DNA from: an uncultured Phycisphaeraceae bacterium
GTDB taxonomy: Bacteria > Planctomycetota > Phycisphaerae > Phycisphaerales > UBA1924
Direction of reading: 5' to 3'
DNA: 64,000 bases
Assembly: GCA_937899905.1 (NCBI GenBank)
Contig: CALCCF010000031.1
Coordinates: forward strand, 3,612 to 67,611
A program made the position numbers and the translations under genes. Shown one piece after another: positions 1 through 10,162 of this stretch (positions within the stretch are counted from its first letter, which is position 1; each line of letters begins with the position of its first letter). The notes under the pieces are model-generated. The model was not told the DNA's origin and ran no database searches. It saw nothing but the letters and a program-made list of their open reading frames with translations.

Positions 1-651
1 GACGGCGTGTACGTGCAGTACGACGCGGCGGGGGCGCTCGACGCGCTGGCCGATCTGTCGCACGAGTACAACGCCACGTTCATCGGTGAGAACCTGGGTA
101 CGGTGCCGCCGGAGGTCGACGAGGCGATGATCGAGCGCAACTTGCTTGGCATGACGGCGGCCCAGTATGACGGGGGGGCGCAGGTGGTGTCGCCGGAGGT
201 GGGCAAGCCCGATCTCATCGCGTCCGCAAACACCCACGACATGCCGACGTTTGCCGGGTATCTCGCGGGGCGGGACATCGAGCTGCGCGAGTCGCTGGGG
301 CTTGTCGATCGTTCGGCGGCTCGGCGTGATCTTCGCGCTCGGCGCGAAGAGGTTCAGAAGCTGGCGAAGTCGCTCGCGGTCGATCCTGACCGATCGGGTT
401 CGCACGAGGCGTTTGATGCGCTCATGGAAAGGCTGTGCCGATCGTCTTCCTCGGTGGTGATGGTGTCGCTTGATGACCTCTTGGGCGAGACGGAGCCGCA
501 GAACATACCGGGCGTCCAGGCGGGATACCCGTGTTGGCGAAGGCCGCTTCGAGCTCGGCTTGAAGGGATGATGGCTGGTGATAGCATCGCGTCGCGTGTG
601 CGACACTTTGCGCACGTTGTGGCCGAGACGCCGGGAGCCGTCGCCCCATGA
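1..651 (+). CDS. malQ: 4-alpha-glucanotransferase (amylomaltase, GH77), C-terminal part; 5' end lies outside the window
   Basis: The frame is open from base 1. The translation (FIGENLGTVPPEV, ANTHDMPTFAGYLAGRDIELRESLGL) matches the conserved C-terminal region of GH77 enzymes. The stop overlaps the next start (ATGA at 648-651). Confidence 0.8.
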   Translation, partial: DGVYVQYDAAGALDALADLSHEYNATFIGENLGTVPPEVDEAMIERNLLGMTAAQYDGGAQVVSPEVGKPDLIASANTHDMPTFAGYLAGRDIELRESLGLVDRSAARRDLRARREEVQKLAKSLAVDPDRSGSHEAFDALMERLCRSSSSVVMVSLDDLLGETEPQNIPGVQAGYPCWRRPLRARLEGMMAGDSIASRVRHFAHVVAETPGAVAP

Positions 652-3083
652 ACCGCTACGTTTGCATCCACGGCCACTTCTACCAGCCGCCGCGCGAGAA
701 CCCGTGGCTCGAGCGCGTCGAGGTGCAGGACTCGGCGTACCCGTATCACGACTGGAACGAGCGGATCACGGCCGAGTGCTACCAGCCGAACGGTCAGGCA
801 CGGATCCTGGACTCCGAGGGCTGGATCGAGCGGATCAACAACAACTACGCGCACATGAGCTTCAACTTTGGGCCGACGCTGCTCTCGTGGCTTGAAGACC
901 ATGCGCCCGAGGCGTATGCGGCGATCATCGCGGCGGATCGACACAGCATCGACCTGAACGCCGGGCATGGATCGGCCATCGCCCAGGCGTACAACCACAT
1001 GATCATGCCGCTGGCCAACGAGCGCGATCGTCGGACCCAGGTGCTATGGGGCATCCGCGACTTCGAGAGCCGTTTTGGGCGCCGGCCAGAGGGCATGTGG
1101 CTGCCTGAGACGGCGGCGAACACCGATACGCTCGACGAGCTTGCCAAGCAGCGCATCGCGTTCACGATCCTCGCGCCGCGGCAGGCCAAGCGTTTCCGGC
1201 GCATCGGCACCGAGGAGTGGATCGACGCGACGCAGCACGGCATCGATCCCCGTCGGCCGTATCTATGCAAGCTTCCCGACGGTCGATCGATCGCGCTCTT
1301 TTTCTATGACGGGCCGCTGTCGCAGGCGGTCGCATTCGAGCGGCTGCTGGGCAACGGAGAGCATTTTGCCCGAAGGTTGTTCGATGGCTTTGACGGGCGT
1401 GATGAGCCGCAGCTCGTGCACATCGCGACCGATGGCGAGAGCTATGGGCACCATCACCCGTATGGGGACATGGCGCTGTCCTACGCGATTCGCCACATCG
1501 TGGATGGGGGCGAGGCCCAACTGGTCAACTACGGCCGGTACCTCGACCTGCACCCGCCGGAGTGGGAGGCCGAGATCATTGAGAATTCGTCGTGGAGCTG
1601 TATCCACGGCGTGGAGCGTTGGCGCAACGACTGCGGTTGCAATTCGGGTGGGAATCCAGGCTGGAATCAGGCCTGGCGGGCGCCCTTGCGCGAGTCGATG
1701 GACTGGCTTCGCGATGAGTTGACTGGTCGGTTTGAGCGTGAGGCTGGCAAGATCCTCATCGATCCTTGGGCGGCGCGAGATGACTACATCAACGTCATCC
1801 TTGATCGGTCTCGGGAGCCGGTGGTCAACTTCATCGAGCACCACGCCGGGCCGCACGACGGGCCGCTCGACTACACGCGCATCCTCCGTTTGCTCGAGAT
1901 GCAGCGGAACGCGATGCTGATGTATACCAGCTGTGGCTGGTTCTTCGATGAGCTCACTGGTATCGAGACGGTGCAGATCCTGCAGTATGCTGGCCGTGTG
2001 ATCCAGATCGCCGAGGGATTGTTCGAGGAGTCGTTCGAGGAGGGGTTCCTCGAGCGGCTGAGCAAGGCCCAGAGCAATCTGCCCGAGCACGGCGATGGTC
2101 GGCAGGTGTACATGAACATGGTCCGGCCGGCGAAGGTCGACCTGCTGAAGATGGCTGAGCATTACGCGGTGATCTCGCTATTCGAGGACACCGAGGACCA
2201 GGACGAGGTGTATTGCTACGACGTCCGCAGCGAGGAGCGACACGACCTGAACGCCGGCCGGACGCGGTTGCGTGTTGGCCGGGCCACGCTGACCAGCAAG
2301 CTGAGCCTGAACAGCCAGCGTGTGACGTACGCCGTGCTGCATCTGGCCGACCACATCATCACCGGTGGCGCCGGGCTCGATGTGAGCGACGAAGCGATGC
2401 ACGCGTTCCTCGATGAGGCGCGGGAGGCGTTCAACAAGGCGCAGTATGGCAAGCTGCTCCAGCTGATCGAGCGTGATTTTGGCAGCTCGACATTTTCGCT
2501 GGCTTCGCTCTTCAAGGATGAGCAGCGTCGTGTGGCAGAGCAGGTCTTGCAAGGGGCGCTCGATAGCGCGGAGTCGACGTACCGCCGCATGCACGACGAT
2601 CAGGCACCGCTGCTCCACTTCCTGCACGCGTTACACGTGCCGGCGCCGCGGGCGCTGTACTTCCCGGTGGAGCTTGTGCTGAATGCCGACCTGGTGCGCG
2701 GCTTGCGGGCCGAGCCTACCGATGCGAAGCTGATCCAGCAGCTGCTCGATCGAGCCGAGCAGGCCGGTGTAGAGCTCGACCGATCGATGCTTGGGTACGT
2801 TGCGGAGACGGCTCTCGCGCGAGCCGCGGCACGGCTTCGGACGAAGCCGTCTGATGCCGCGGCGCTCTCCGATCTGGCGGCGCTGGTCGAGGTCGTTGGG
2901 CTGGCGCCGTTCGAGGCACGCCTGGATGCGGCGCAGAACGCGGTGTACGAGGTGATCCGCGATCGGGACCACCTGCTGCATCAGGGCCGGATACCGGACG
3001 TTGACGCGTGGCGGGCGGCGGTTGATCGGGCGGCGGAGTTGCTGCGGATCCGCATTCCAGCTCCCGCATCGAGCCTCCCTTAA
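648..3083 (+). CDS. Glycoside hydrolase family 57 protein with a long helical C-terminal region (DUF3536-type architecture)
   Basis: The N-terminus MNRYVCIHGHFYQPPRENPW is the GH57 signature start, and IATDGESYGHHHPYGDMAL is present. Length is 811 aa. It is coupled to malQ, which gives a glycogen/alpha-glucan context. Confidence 0.85.
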   Translation: MNRYVCIHGHFYQPPRENPWLERVEVQDSAYPYHDWNERITAECYQPNGQARILDSEGWIERINNNYAHMSFNFGPTLLSWLEDHAPEAYAAIIAADRHSIDLNAGHGSAIAQAYNHMIMPLANERDRRTQVLWGIRDFESRFGRRPEGMWLPETAANTDTLDELAKQRIAFTILAPRQAKRFRRIGTEEWIDATQHGIDPRRPYLCKLPDGRSIALFFYDGPLSQAVAFERLLGNGEHFARRLFDGFDGRDEPQLVHIATDGESYGHHHPYGDMALSYAIRHIVDGGEAQLVNYGRYLDLHPPEWEAEIIENSSWSCIHGVERWRNDCGCNSGGNPGWNQAWRAPLRESMDWLRDELTGRFEREAGKILIDPWAARDDYINVILDRSREPVVNFIEHHAGPHDGPLDYTRILRLLEMQRNAMLMYTSCGWFFDELTGIETVQILQYAGRVIQIAEGLFEESFEEGFLERLSKAQSNLPEHGDGRQVYMNMVRPAKVDLLKMAEHYAVISLFEDTEDQDEVYCYDVRSEERHDLNAGRTRLRVGRATLTSKLSLNSQRVTYAVLHLADHIITGGAGLDVSDEAMHAFLDEAREAFNKAQYGKLLQLIERDFGSSTFSLASLFKDEQRRVAEQVLQGALDSAESTYRRMHDDQAPLLHFLHALHVPAPRALYFPVELVLNADLVRGLRAEPTDAKLIQQLLDRAEQAGVELDRSMLGYVAETALARAAARLRTKPSDAAALSDLAALVEVVGLAPFEARLDAAQNAVYEVIRDRDHLLHQGRIPDVDAWRAAVDRAAELLRIRIPAPASSLP

Positions 3084-3151
3084 ACAAACATTCACGCAAT
3101 TCCACGGGTCTTCGCGGTCCCGAGCGGCAGTGCCTGCCGAAGAATACTGGC

Positions 3152-4111
3152 ATGCAGGCCACCGACGGAGCCATCGATCCCAATACCGATGAGTCTCGGG
3201 CGATCTGGACCGAGCCGGGCGTCGTTCGCGACGAAAAGACCGGCGCGGAGCGGCTCGATCTGCGGTACCGCACGCTGTTCCTGAGCGATCTTCACCTCGG
3301 CAGCAACGGCTGCCAGGCGAGGGAGCTCAGCGCGTTCCTCAAGTGCGTGCGGTGCGAGACGCTGTATCTCGTCGGCGATGTCATCGACATGTGGCGCCTT
3401 AAGAGCAAGTGGTACTGGCCCGGCAAGCACAACCGCGTGATCAGCCGGATACTGAAGATGGCCCGCAAGGGCACCAGGGTAGTCTACATCCCCGGCAACC
3501 ACGACGAGCATGCGCGCCAGTACGCCGGGCTCAATTTTGGAGGTGTCGAGCTCGTGCTCGATGCTGAGCATGTGACCGCCGACGGCCGACGCCTATTCAT
3601 TAGCCACGGCGACCAGTTCGACATGGTGGTCAAGCATGCGAAGGCGTTGTCGATGCTTGGCTCGGCTAGCTACGAGGTGTTGCTTCGGATCAATCGGCAG
3701 TACAACCGCGTGCGAAAGCTGCTGGGCTTGAACTACTGGAGCCTCAGCCAATTCTTGAAGCTGAAGGTCAAGAGCGCCTGCACGTACATCAGTAAGTTCG
3801 AGGAAGCGCTTGTCGATGAGGCGCAGTCCAAGGGCTACGACGGCGTCGTCTGTGGGCACATCCACAAGGCCGAGATCCGCGAGGACTCGCGCCATAGCAG
3901 CATGATGTACTACAACTGCGGTGATTGGGTTGAGAGCTGCACGGCGTTGGTCGAGTTGCACAACGGTTCCATCCGCCTGCTGGATGGCAAGGCCGTGGTC
4001 GAGCAGCTCCGCCAGTATGGGCAGCTGGCGGGTAAGCAGAGTGCTCGCAAGCGGTCTCGCCGGAAGGCCATGCCCCAGGATCTCCTGGCCGAGCGAGTCA
4101 AGATTGGCTGA
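3152..4111 (+). CDS. LpxH-family metallophosphoesterase (UDP-2,3-diacylglucosamine diphosphatase-like)
   Basis: The motifs LFLSDLHLG, LYLVGDVIDMWRLK, IPGNHDE and CGHIHK occur in LpxH/calcineurin-like order. At 319 aa it is longer than classical LpxH. Confidence 0.6.
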   Translation: MQATDGAIDPNTDESRAIWTEPGVVRDEKTGAERLDLRYRTLFLSDLHLGSNGCQARELSAFLKCVRCETLYLVGDVIDMWRLKSKWYWPGKHNRVISRILKMARKGTRVVYIPGNHDEHARQYAGLNFGGVELVLDAEHVTADGRRLFISHGDQFDMVVKHAKALSMLGSASYEVLLRINRQYNRVRKLLGLNYWSLSQFLKLKVKSACTYISKFEEALVDEAQSKGYDGVVCGHIHKAEIREDSRHSSMMYYNCGDWVESCTALVELHNGSIRLLDGKAVVEQLRQYGQLAGKQSARKRSRRKAMPQDLLAERVKIG

Positions 4112-4125
4112 TATAGCCCGATCTG

Positions 4126-4782
4126 TTGCGGCTTCTACTCTTGGCCGTGGCCAGCGAGTTTGAGTACCAGTGGACGAGCGAACGGAGCCTGCGGGTCTGC
4201 GGCCCGGCATCGCCCGCGGTGATCGCGGATGCCTTGCGCACGATGGACGGTGTGATCGATGCCGCGGCGACCGAGTCTGCCGCGTATGCCAGGCTTGACC
4301 CGCTCGCCAGCGTCTCGCTGGAGTCGATGGATGCCCAGATTGATGGTCTCTCGGCACGGGCTCCTGCACCGCCTGTGGTGCACGAGATCCCAGTGTGTTA
4401 CGACCCGCCGTTTGGTCTCGATCTCGATTCGGTGGCGCGTCAGGCGGGGATGGCGGTCGACGAGGTTGTCGGACTGCACACGTCCACGAGATTCACCGTC
4501 GCGTTTCTCGGATTTGCGCCCGGATTTGGGTATCTCTCGGGGCTGCCGGAGCGCTTGCACGTGTCTCGGCTTTCGTCGCCGCGGGCTCGAGTGGACGCCG
4601 GGAGTGTCGGGATTGCCGGCCCGTACTCGGGGGCGTACGCGCTACCAGGGCCGGGTGGGTGGCGCGTGATCGGTCGAACGAGCATGCGGCTTTTCGATAC
4701 GAGTCGTGACAGCCCGGCGTTGCTACAGGCCGGTGATGTCGTGCGGTTCCGGGCCGTCACCGCTGGGGAGATCGAGCGGTGA
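4126..4782 (+). CDS. pxpB: 5-oxoprolinase subunit B (allophanate hydrolase subunit 1 / KipI family)
   Basis: FLGFAPGFGYLSGLP and GIAGPYSGAYALPGPGGWRVIGRT are present. It is followed by pxpC with a GTGA overlap. The start is a non-ATG codon as given by the track. Confidence 0.85.
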   Translation: MRLLLLAVASEFEYQWTSERSLRVCGPASPAVIADALRTMDGVIDAAATESAAYARLDPLASVSLESMDAQIDGLSARAPAPPVVHEIPVCYDPPFGLDLDSVARQAGMAVDEVVGLHTSTRFTVAFLGFAPGFGYLSGLPERLHVSRLSSPRARVDAGSVGIAGPYSGAYALPGPGGWRVIGRTSMRLFDTSRDSPALLQAGDVVRFRAVTAGEIER

Positions 4783-5657
4783 GTCTGCGCGTCACGAAGG
4801 TAAGCGGGCTCGCGACGGTACAGGATCTCGGTCGGCCGGGGTATGCGCACGAGGGCGTGCCGGCGAGTGGTGCGGCGGACGGGCTGTCGTTACGGCTTGC
4901 GAACCTTGTGGTGGGCAACGACGCAGACGCGGCGGGTGTGGAAGTGGCTTTGGGTTCCGCCCTGTTCGAAGCCGAGCGCGCGTGCCGTGTAGCCATCAAT
5001 GCCGGAGGGCGTGCGTTCGAAGCGATCGAGTTCGACGCTGGACAGGCGATCGTGGTGACGCCAGAGTCTGGTTTGTGCCGGGCGTACGTGGCGCTGGCGG
5101 GGGGCATCGATGTCCCGCCGGTGCTTGGGTCCCGGGCGACGCTGCTGGGTGCGGGGATCGGTGGGCTGGATGGTCGCGCGCTTCGTGTGGGTGACGTGCT
5201 GCCTGTTGGAGACGGCGGTGGCAGGCCAAGGCCGGTGACGATGGCGATTCGGGCCGGTTTGCAGTACGAGATCGGCCGGCGTGTGCTGCGAGTGGTGACG
5301 GATGGTGCGGAAGCCCAGATGCCGACCGGTGTGATGCGGGTACTACGTTCGAGTGACCGTGTTGGTATCCGGCTTGCGAACTCTGCGAGCGCGATCCGGG
5401 AACCGATCACGGCGGGTCGCAGCCGCGGTGTGCTGCACGGGACCATCCAGATGCCGTCGCCCGATGAACTGGTCATCCTTGGCCCTGACGGCCCGACCAC
5501 TGGCGGCTATCCGACCGTGGGGACGATCATCGCGGCCGATCTGCCGGCGGTGGGGCAGCTCGTGCCCGGCCAATGGGTGCGATTCGAGGTTGTGTCGCGT
5601 GAGGAGGCGATCGAGATTGTGCGCACGCAGCACGATCTCCTTGCTCGGATAAACTGA
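4779..5657 (+). CDS. pxpC: 5-oxoprolinase subunit C (allophanate hydrolase subunit 2 / KipA family)
   Basis: VQDLGRPGYAHEGVPASGAAD and GPTTGGYPTVGTIIAADL are present. It lies between pxpB and pxpA. Confidence 0.85.
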   Translation: MSLRVTKVSGLATVQDLGRPGYAHEGVPASGAADGLSLRLANLVVGNDADAAGVEVALGSALFEAERACRVAINAGGRAFEAIEFDAGQAIVVTPESGLCRAYVALAGGIDVPPVLGSRATLLGAGIGGLDGRALRVGDVLPVGDGGGRPRPVTMAIRAGLQYEIGRRVLRVVTDGAEAQMPTGVMRVLRSSDRVGIRLANSASAIREPITAGRSRGVLHGTIQMPSPDELVILGPDGPTTGGYPTVGTIIAADLPAVGQLVPGQWVRFEVVSREEAIEIVRTQHDLLARIN

Positions 5658-5660
5658 ACC

Positions 5661-6437
5661 ATGGATCCTGCCAGCCAAGAGCCGTCCGGCTTGCTCGGGC
5701 CCGCGATCGATCTCAACGCCGACGTGGGTGAGCGTGATGACCTCCTTGAAAGCGATCTTGAATTGCTCACCGTCGTGTCGTCGGTCAATATCGCGTGCGG
5801 CGGACATGCTGGCAGCGAAACACTCATGCGCGCGATGCTCACACGCGGTGCGGATCGTGGTGTAGGGCTCGGGGCCCATCCTGGATACGCCGATGCTGAG
5901 GGGTTCGGCCGTGTCGAGCTTGGCTTCGATGTGGGTGTGATCTATGCGTTGTGTCGAGAGCAGGTGCGTCGGCTGGCGCGGCTTGCCGCACAGCAGGGCC
6001 TGACGCTCGCGCACGCTAAGCCGCATGGGGCGCTCTATCACCGGGCGATGGGAGATGCCGATGCCGCCGAAGCGGTCGCGCGTGGCTGCCTCGATGCGGT
6101 GGCCGAGGTGACGGGGGACCCGTTTGCCAGGCTGACCTTCGTTGGCCTGCCCGAGACGCCGGGCTTGGATCGCTGGCTCGAGCTCGATCTGGATGTCGCG
6201 CGCGAGGGCTTCATCGATCGTGGGTACACCGCCGACGGCGGGCTCATCCCGCGGGGCGAGCTGGGTGCGGTCTTCACGGTTCCAGCCGAAGTGGGCGCGC
6301 AGGCCATGGCTCTGTCGCGGAGCGGGCGTTTCGATACGCTGTGCGTGCACGGGGACACGGCCGGCGCGTTCGGCCTTGCGAGGTCGGTGCGCGAGGCCCT
6401 TCTGGAGGCCGGCGTCAGGGTTGGCGGATCGGGCTGA
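5661..6437 (+). CDS. pxpA: 5-oxoprolinase subunit A (LamB/YcsF family)
   Basis: DLNADVGE, NIACGGHAGS, KPHGALY and CVHGDT are present. It is the third gene of the pxpBCA arrangement. Confidence 0.85.
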   Translation: MDPASQEPSGLLGPAIDLNADVGERDDLLESDLELLTVVSSVNIACGGHAGSETLMRAMLTRGADRGVGLGAHPGYADAEGFGRVELGFDVGVIYALCREQVRRLARLAAQQGLTLAHAKPHGALYHRAMGDADAAEAVARGCLDAVAEVTGDPFARLTFVGLPETPGLDRWLELDLDVAREGFIDRGYTADGGLIPRGELGAVFTVPAEVGAQAMALSRSGRFDTLCVHGDTAGAFGLARSVREALLEAGVRVGGSG

Positions 6438-6493
6438 GTTTCGAGCTGGGGTCGCGTGTTCGCCACCCTGTCCAGATGCCAAGAATCTGCACA

Positions 6494-7099
6494 ATGGAAC
6501 CGTCGGAACAGCCTGCCGCGGATGTCACGCGCATCCTCCGGAATTGGACATCGCTCGATGACCCCGCGGGCGATCTGTTCCCCGTGGTGTACACGCAGCT
6601 CCGGTCGCTGGCGGCGGGCTTGATGCGTTCGGAGGATGCCGACCACACGCTTGGGGCGACGGCTTTGGTTCACGAGGCGTTCTTGAAGCTGATGTCGACC
6701 ACGGAACGCAGTGGTGCGATGGAGTCGGCGCGAGATCGAGGGTACTTCTTTGCGGCGGCGGCGCAGGCCATGCGTCGTGTGCTGGTAGATCACGCAAGAG
6801 CCCAGGCGGCGGAGCGGCGTGGTGGTGGGCGCACGCCGATTGATCTCGGCCGCCTGCCCGCGGACATCGGCGAACTGGCACGGGACGACTCGCCGGATGT
6901 TGTCATCGCGATCGATCAGGCGCTCACCGTGCTCGAGAGCGAGGATGAAGAGGCCGCCCAGATTGTTCGCCTGCGGTTCTTTGGCGGTCTCACGGCCAAG
7001 GAAGCTGCGCACCTGCTTGGGGTGGCCGAGCGCACGGTGATGCGTCGCTGGTCGTTCGCGCGGGCTCGGCTATTCCAGATTCTGGAAGCCCAAGCATGA
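6494..7099 (+). CDS. ECF-type RNA polymerase sigma factor (Sigma70_ECF / TIGR02999-like, the kinase-associated group)
   Basis: I chose the internal ATG at 6494, because the track ORF from 6341 would overlap pxpA. DVTRILRNW...VYTQLRSLAAGLMRSEDADHTLGATALVHEAFLKL is the characteristic N-terminus of this ECF family. The C-terminal region 4 reads RLRFFGGLTAKEAAHLLGVAERTVMRRW. Confidence 0.85.
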   Translation: MEPSEQPAADVTRILRNWTSLDDPAGDLFPVVYTQLRSLAAGLMRSEDADHTLGATALVHEAFLKLMSTTERSGAMESARDRGYFFAAAAQAMRRVLVDHARAQAAERRGGGRTPIDLGRLPADIGELARDDSPDVVIAIDQALTVLESEDEEAAQIVRLRFFGGLTAKEAAHLLGVAERTVMRRWSFARARLFQILEAQA

Positions 7100-10050
7100 G
7101 CGAGCGGGCATCTGACCGAGCGAAAGAAGTGTTCCTTGATGTGCTGGAATTGCCCGAGGGCGAGCGCGCGGGAGCGATCGCGGCCGCGTGTGGAGGCGAT
7201 GAGGGCGTGCGTCGCCAGGTGATGGCGTTGCTCGAGTCGCATGCGAGCGCCGGGCGGTTCTTACGGATGAGCGAGCCTCGGACCGCTCCACGGCGCATTG
7301 GGCGCTTCACGCTTCGCGAACCGATCGGCGAGGGGGCGTGGGGTGCGGTCTGGCTTGCGCAACAGGACGAGCCGACGCCACGCACGGTTGCCGTCAAGCT
7401 ACTGCGACCGGAGTTTGGATCGGCGTTCGGTGGTGGTTCATCGGGCGGGTTCGGCGCACGGTTCGACCTTGAGCAGCGAGCGCTCGCGAGGATGGAGCAT
7501 CCCGGCATCGCACGGCTGATCGAGGCGGGGGTGGAGAGCCTCGGTGATGCTGGGGTACAGCCGTATCTCGTGATGGAGTACATCGACGGTGAGCCGATCA
7601 CCTCGTTCTGCGATCGGCATGCGCTCGCGCTCCGAGAGCGGGCGGGGTTGCTCGCGCGGGTGTGCGATGCGGTTCAACATGCGCACACCAAGGGCGTCCT
7701 GCATCGTGATCTCAAGCCGCGCAACGTGCTCGTACCGAGCGCGCCGCGTTCGGATGCGGCCGAGTCTCTGCCTCGTGTGATCGATTTCGGCATTGCGAAG
7801 CTGCTCGACCCCATCGCGCAAGGCGATGGTCTTACACATGCCGGTGTGGTTGTGGGCACGCCGCAGTACATGTCGCTCGAGCAGTCGCTGGGCGACGCGG
7901 TCGATGCACGGACGGATATCTTCGCGCTGGGCGTGATGTTGTACGAGCTGCTGTGCGGTACAACGCCGGTGGACGCGTCGGAATTCTCCGGATCGACGCC
8001 TTCGGCGGTCTGGCGTCGGCGTCAGGAACGGCCGCTTCCGGCGATGGCGAAGACAATCGAGGGCATGGACGCTCCGCGAGTGACGGAGCTGGCCACTGCA
8101 CGGGGGGTGACTTCGACGCAGCTTTCGTCGAGGCTCCGCGGCGAGTTGGAGTGGATCTGTGGCACGGCGCTCTCGATCGAGCCCGAGCGTCGGTATGCGT
8201 CGGCTGCGGCGATGGGCGACGACTTGCGTCGCTGGCTGGCGTCTCGGCCGATCGAGGCGGCGCCGCCGAGTGCCGCGTATCGCGCGCGCAAGTTTGCTTC
8301 GCGCCACACGGCGGCGGTGGCGGCGGCTGTTGCGGCGCTTTGCGTTCTTGTCGTTGGGCTCGCGACCACAAGCGTGGGGTTCTATCTCTCGGTGCAGAAC
8401 TCGAGGCTCGCTGAACTGCGCGCGGAGGAAGCCGATCGCCAGCGGGCCGTCGCCGAGGCGGTTGGTGCGTTCCTGACCGATGACGTCTTGGGTGCCGTGG
8501 TTCCGTCGACGCGTGTGGGCGAGGGCCGCGATGTGTCCATGCGTGAGGTCCTCGAGGTCTCGGGCGAGGAGTTGCTCCGGGCGACGGCTCCCGGTGGGCG
8601 GCTGGAGTCCGAGCCCAAGGTATCGGCCGCACTCTGGCGTGCGCTCGGTCGTTCGCACTCGCGGATCGATCAGCACGAAGAATCCCTCGAAGCGCTCGGT
8701 CGCACGGTTGCGCTTCGGGCTTCCAGCCTTGGTGCCGACCACCCCGACACGCTGGCGGCGCGAGCGGAGGTCGGCGAGGCGTACCTCATGGCCCAGCGGT
8801 TCGATGAGGGCGAGGCCGAGCTGGAGAGCGTGGTCGCGGCGTTGCGGCCGCAGGTGGGCGAGGATGATCCGCGGTTGATCCGAGCCGAGGGTTGGCTGGC
8901 GTTGATCTATCGCCGGTTGGGGAAGCTCGATGACGCACTCGCGTTGTTGCGTGCGGTACGCGAGCGAGCGCAGCGTGTGTTCGGTCCCGATCATGGGCAC
9001 ACGCACGAGGTGGAGAACGGGCTCGCATGGACATTGAACTCGACGGGAGATCCCGACGCGGCGATCGAACTGTTGCGTGATCTCCTCGGCCGTCAGCGAG
9101 CGCAGCGATCGGCCAACCACGCGGTCACACTGGTCACCCAGCAGAACCTGGCCGGCGTGCTCGTGGAGAACAGACGTTTTGAGGAGGGTGAGGCCGAGTT
9201 TTCTGACCTTGGGCCGCGCATGGACGAGGTGTTCGGGTCGTCGCACCGCATCACGCTGGGCGTGTGGGCGAACACGGCGACGCTGCGGTCCCGCATCGGT
9301 CGCGAGGATGAGGCCTTGGCGATCATCGATCGCATCGGGCCGTTGTCACGGGAGGCGCTCGGCGAATCGAATCCGGTCACGCTGTACATCGAGCGGCTCG
9401 AGGGCCAGATTGCCTCGCGTGTGGGCGAATTCGATCGTGCGCTCGCGGTGTTCGGTGGCTTGCTCGCGAGGTATGAAGACCTCCACGGTCCGGAGCACCC
9501 ATCGACACTGATCCTGCTCAACGACACCGGGCGTGCGCACATGGGTGCGGGCGATCCGGCGTCGGCGCGAGAGGCGTTTGCGCGAGCGGTCACCGTCTAC
9601 GACCGGACGCTCGTGGGCCACCACCGGCTGCTCATCACGGCAAGACAGAATCTGGCCGAGGCTTGCATGGGTGTGCAGGATTGGGACGAGGCGCAGCGCC
9701 AGTACCAGCTGCTCGCGGAGGCGACCGGCGCGGAGCGAGGATCCCAGGCGTACCTGCCCAACGTGCTGCTGGCCCGGCGGGCGCTCGTGTTGGCGCTCGC
9801 TGGCGCGCCCGACAACGCCCGGTCGATCCTGGCGGAGATCGATGCCTCAGGCCTCGAAGGTTCATCCGCTGCGGAATTGGAGATCATGATCGCGGTCGTG
9901 GACGCGGTGGCGCTCGCCGCCGAGGGGCGAGACGCCGAAGCTCGTGAGCGGATCGCCACGGTCCTCGAGTCGATGGGCGGCTTTACCGAGGACGACCCGA
10001 TGCTCCAGCAGGCCCGAGCCTTGCGGGATCGCCTCGGCGGCCAGGGCTGA
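7096..10050 (+). CDS. Ser/Thr protein kinase with one TM segment and a C-terminal TPR-rich domain
   Basis: Kinase motifs are present: GEGAWGAVW, VAVKLL, HRDLKPRNVL, DFGIAKL, GTPQYMSLEQ. A TM segment AAVAAAVAALCVLVVGLATTSVGFYL follows, then about 550 aa of TPR-like repeats. There is an ATGA overlap with the sigma gene. Confidence 0.9.
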   Translation: MSERASDRAKEVFLDVLELPEGERAGAIAAACGGDEGVRRQVMALLESHASAGRFLRMSEPRTAPRRIGRFTLREPIGEGAWGAVWLAQQDEPTPRTVAVKLLRPEFGSAFGGGSSGGFGARFDLEQRALARMEHPGIARLIEAGVESLGDAGVQPYLVMEYIDGEPITSFCDRHALALRERAGLLARVCDAVQHAHTKGVLHRDLKPRNVLVPSAPRSDAAESLPRVIDFGIAKLLDPIAQGDGLTHAGVVVGTPQYMSLEQSLGDAVDARTDIFALGVMLYELLCGTTPVDASEFSGSTPSAVWRRRQERPLPAMAKTIEGMDAPRVTELATARGVTSTQLSSRLRGELEWICGTALSIEPERRYASAAAMGDDLRRWLASRPIEAAPPSAAYRARKFASRHTAAVAAAVAALCVLVVGLATTSVGFYLSVQNSRLAELRAEEADRQRAVAEAVGAFLTDDVLGAVVPSTRVGEGRDVSMREVLEVSGEELLRATAPGGRLESEPKVSAALWRALGRSHSRIDQHEESLEALGRTVALRASSLGADHPDTLAARAEVGEAYLMAQRFDEGEAELESVVAALRPQVGEDDPRLIRAEGWLALIYRRLGKLDDALALLRAVRERAQRVFGPDHGHTHEVENGLAWTLNSTGDPDAAIELLRDLLGRQRAQRSANHAVTLVTQQNLAGVLVENRRFEEGEAEFSDLGPRMDEVFGSSHRITLGVWANTATLRSRIGREDEALAIIDRIGPLSREALGESNPVTLYIERLEGQIASRVGEFDRALAVFGGLLARYEDLHGPEHPSTLILLNDTGRAHMGAGDPASAREAFARAVTVYDRTLVGHHRLLITARQNLAEACMGVQDWDEAQRQYQLLAEATGAERGSQAYLPNVLLARRALVLALAGAPDNARSILAEIDASGLEGSSAAELEIMIAVVDAVALAAEGRDAEARERIATVLESMGGFTEDDPMLQQARALRDRLGGQG

Positions 10051-10162
10051 GATTTTCTCGATTTCGGTGTCATAGCGATCCGCGGGATGCCGCGACCTCG
10101 GATAGGGACGTGCGTTGGCGCACGCCCATATGCAATCCTCCCTACCCACCGAGGTGCTCCCC

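Noticed and set aside
7438-9246. A 602-aa minus-strand ORF, plus several other long overlapping ORFs within 7.1-10.1 kb.
   Set aside because: They are antisense or out of frame relative to the Ser/Thr kinase gene. Their composition is Arg/Pro-rich. They are shadow ORFs.
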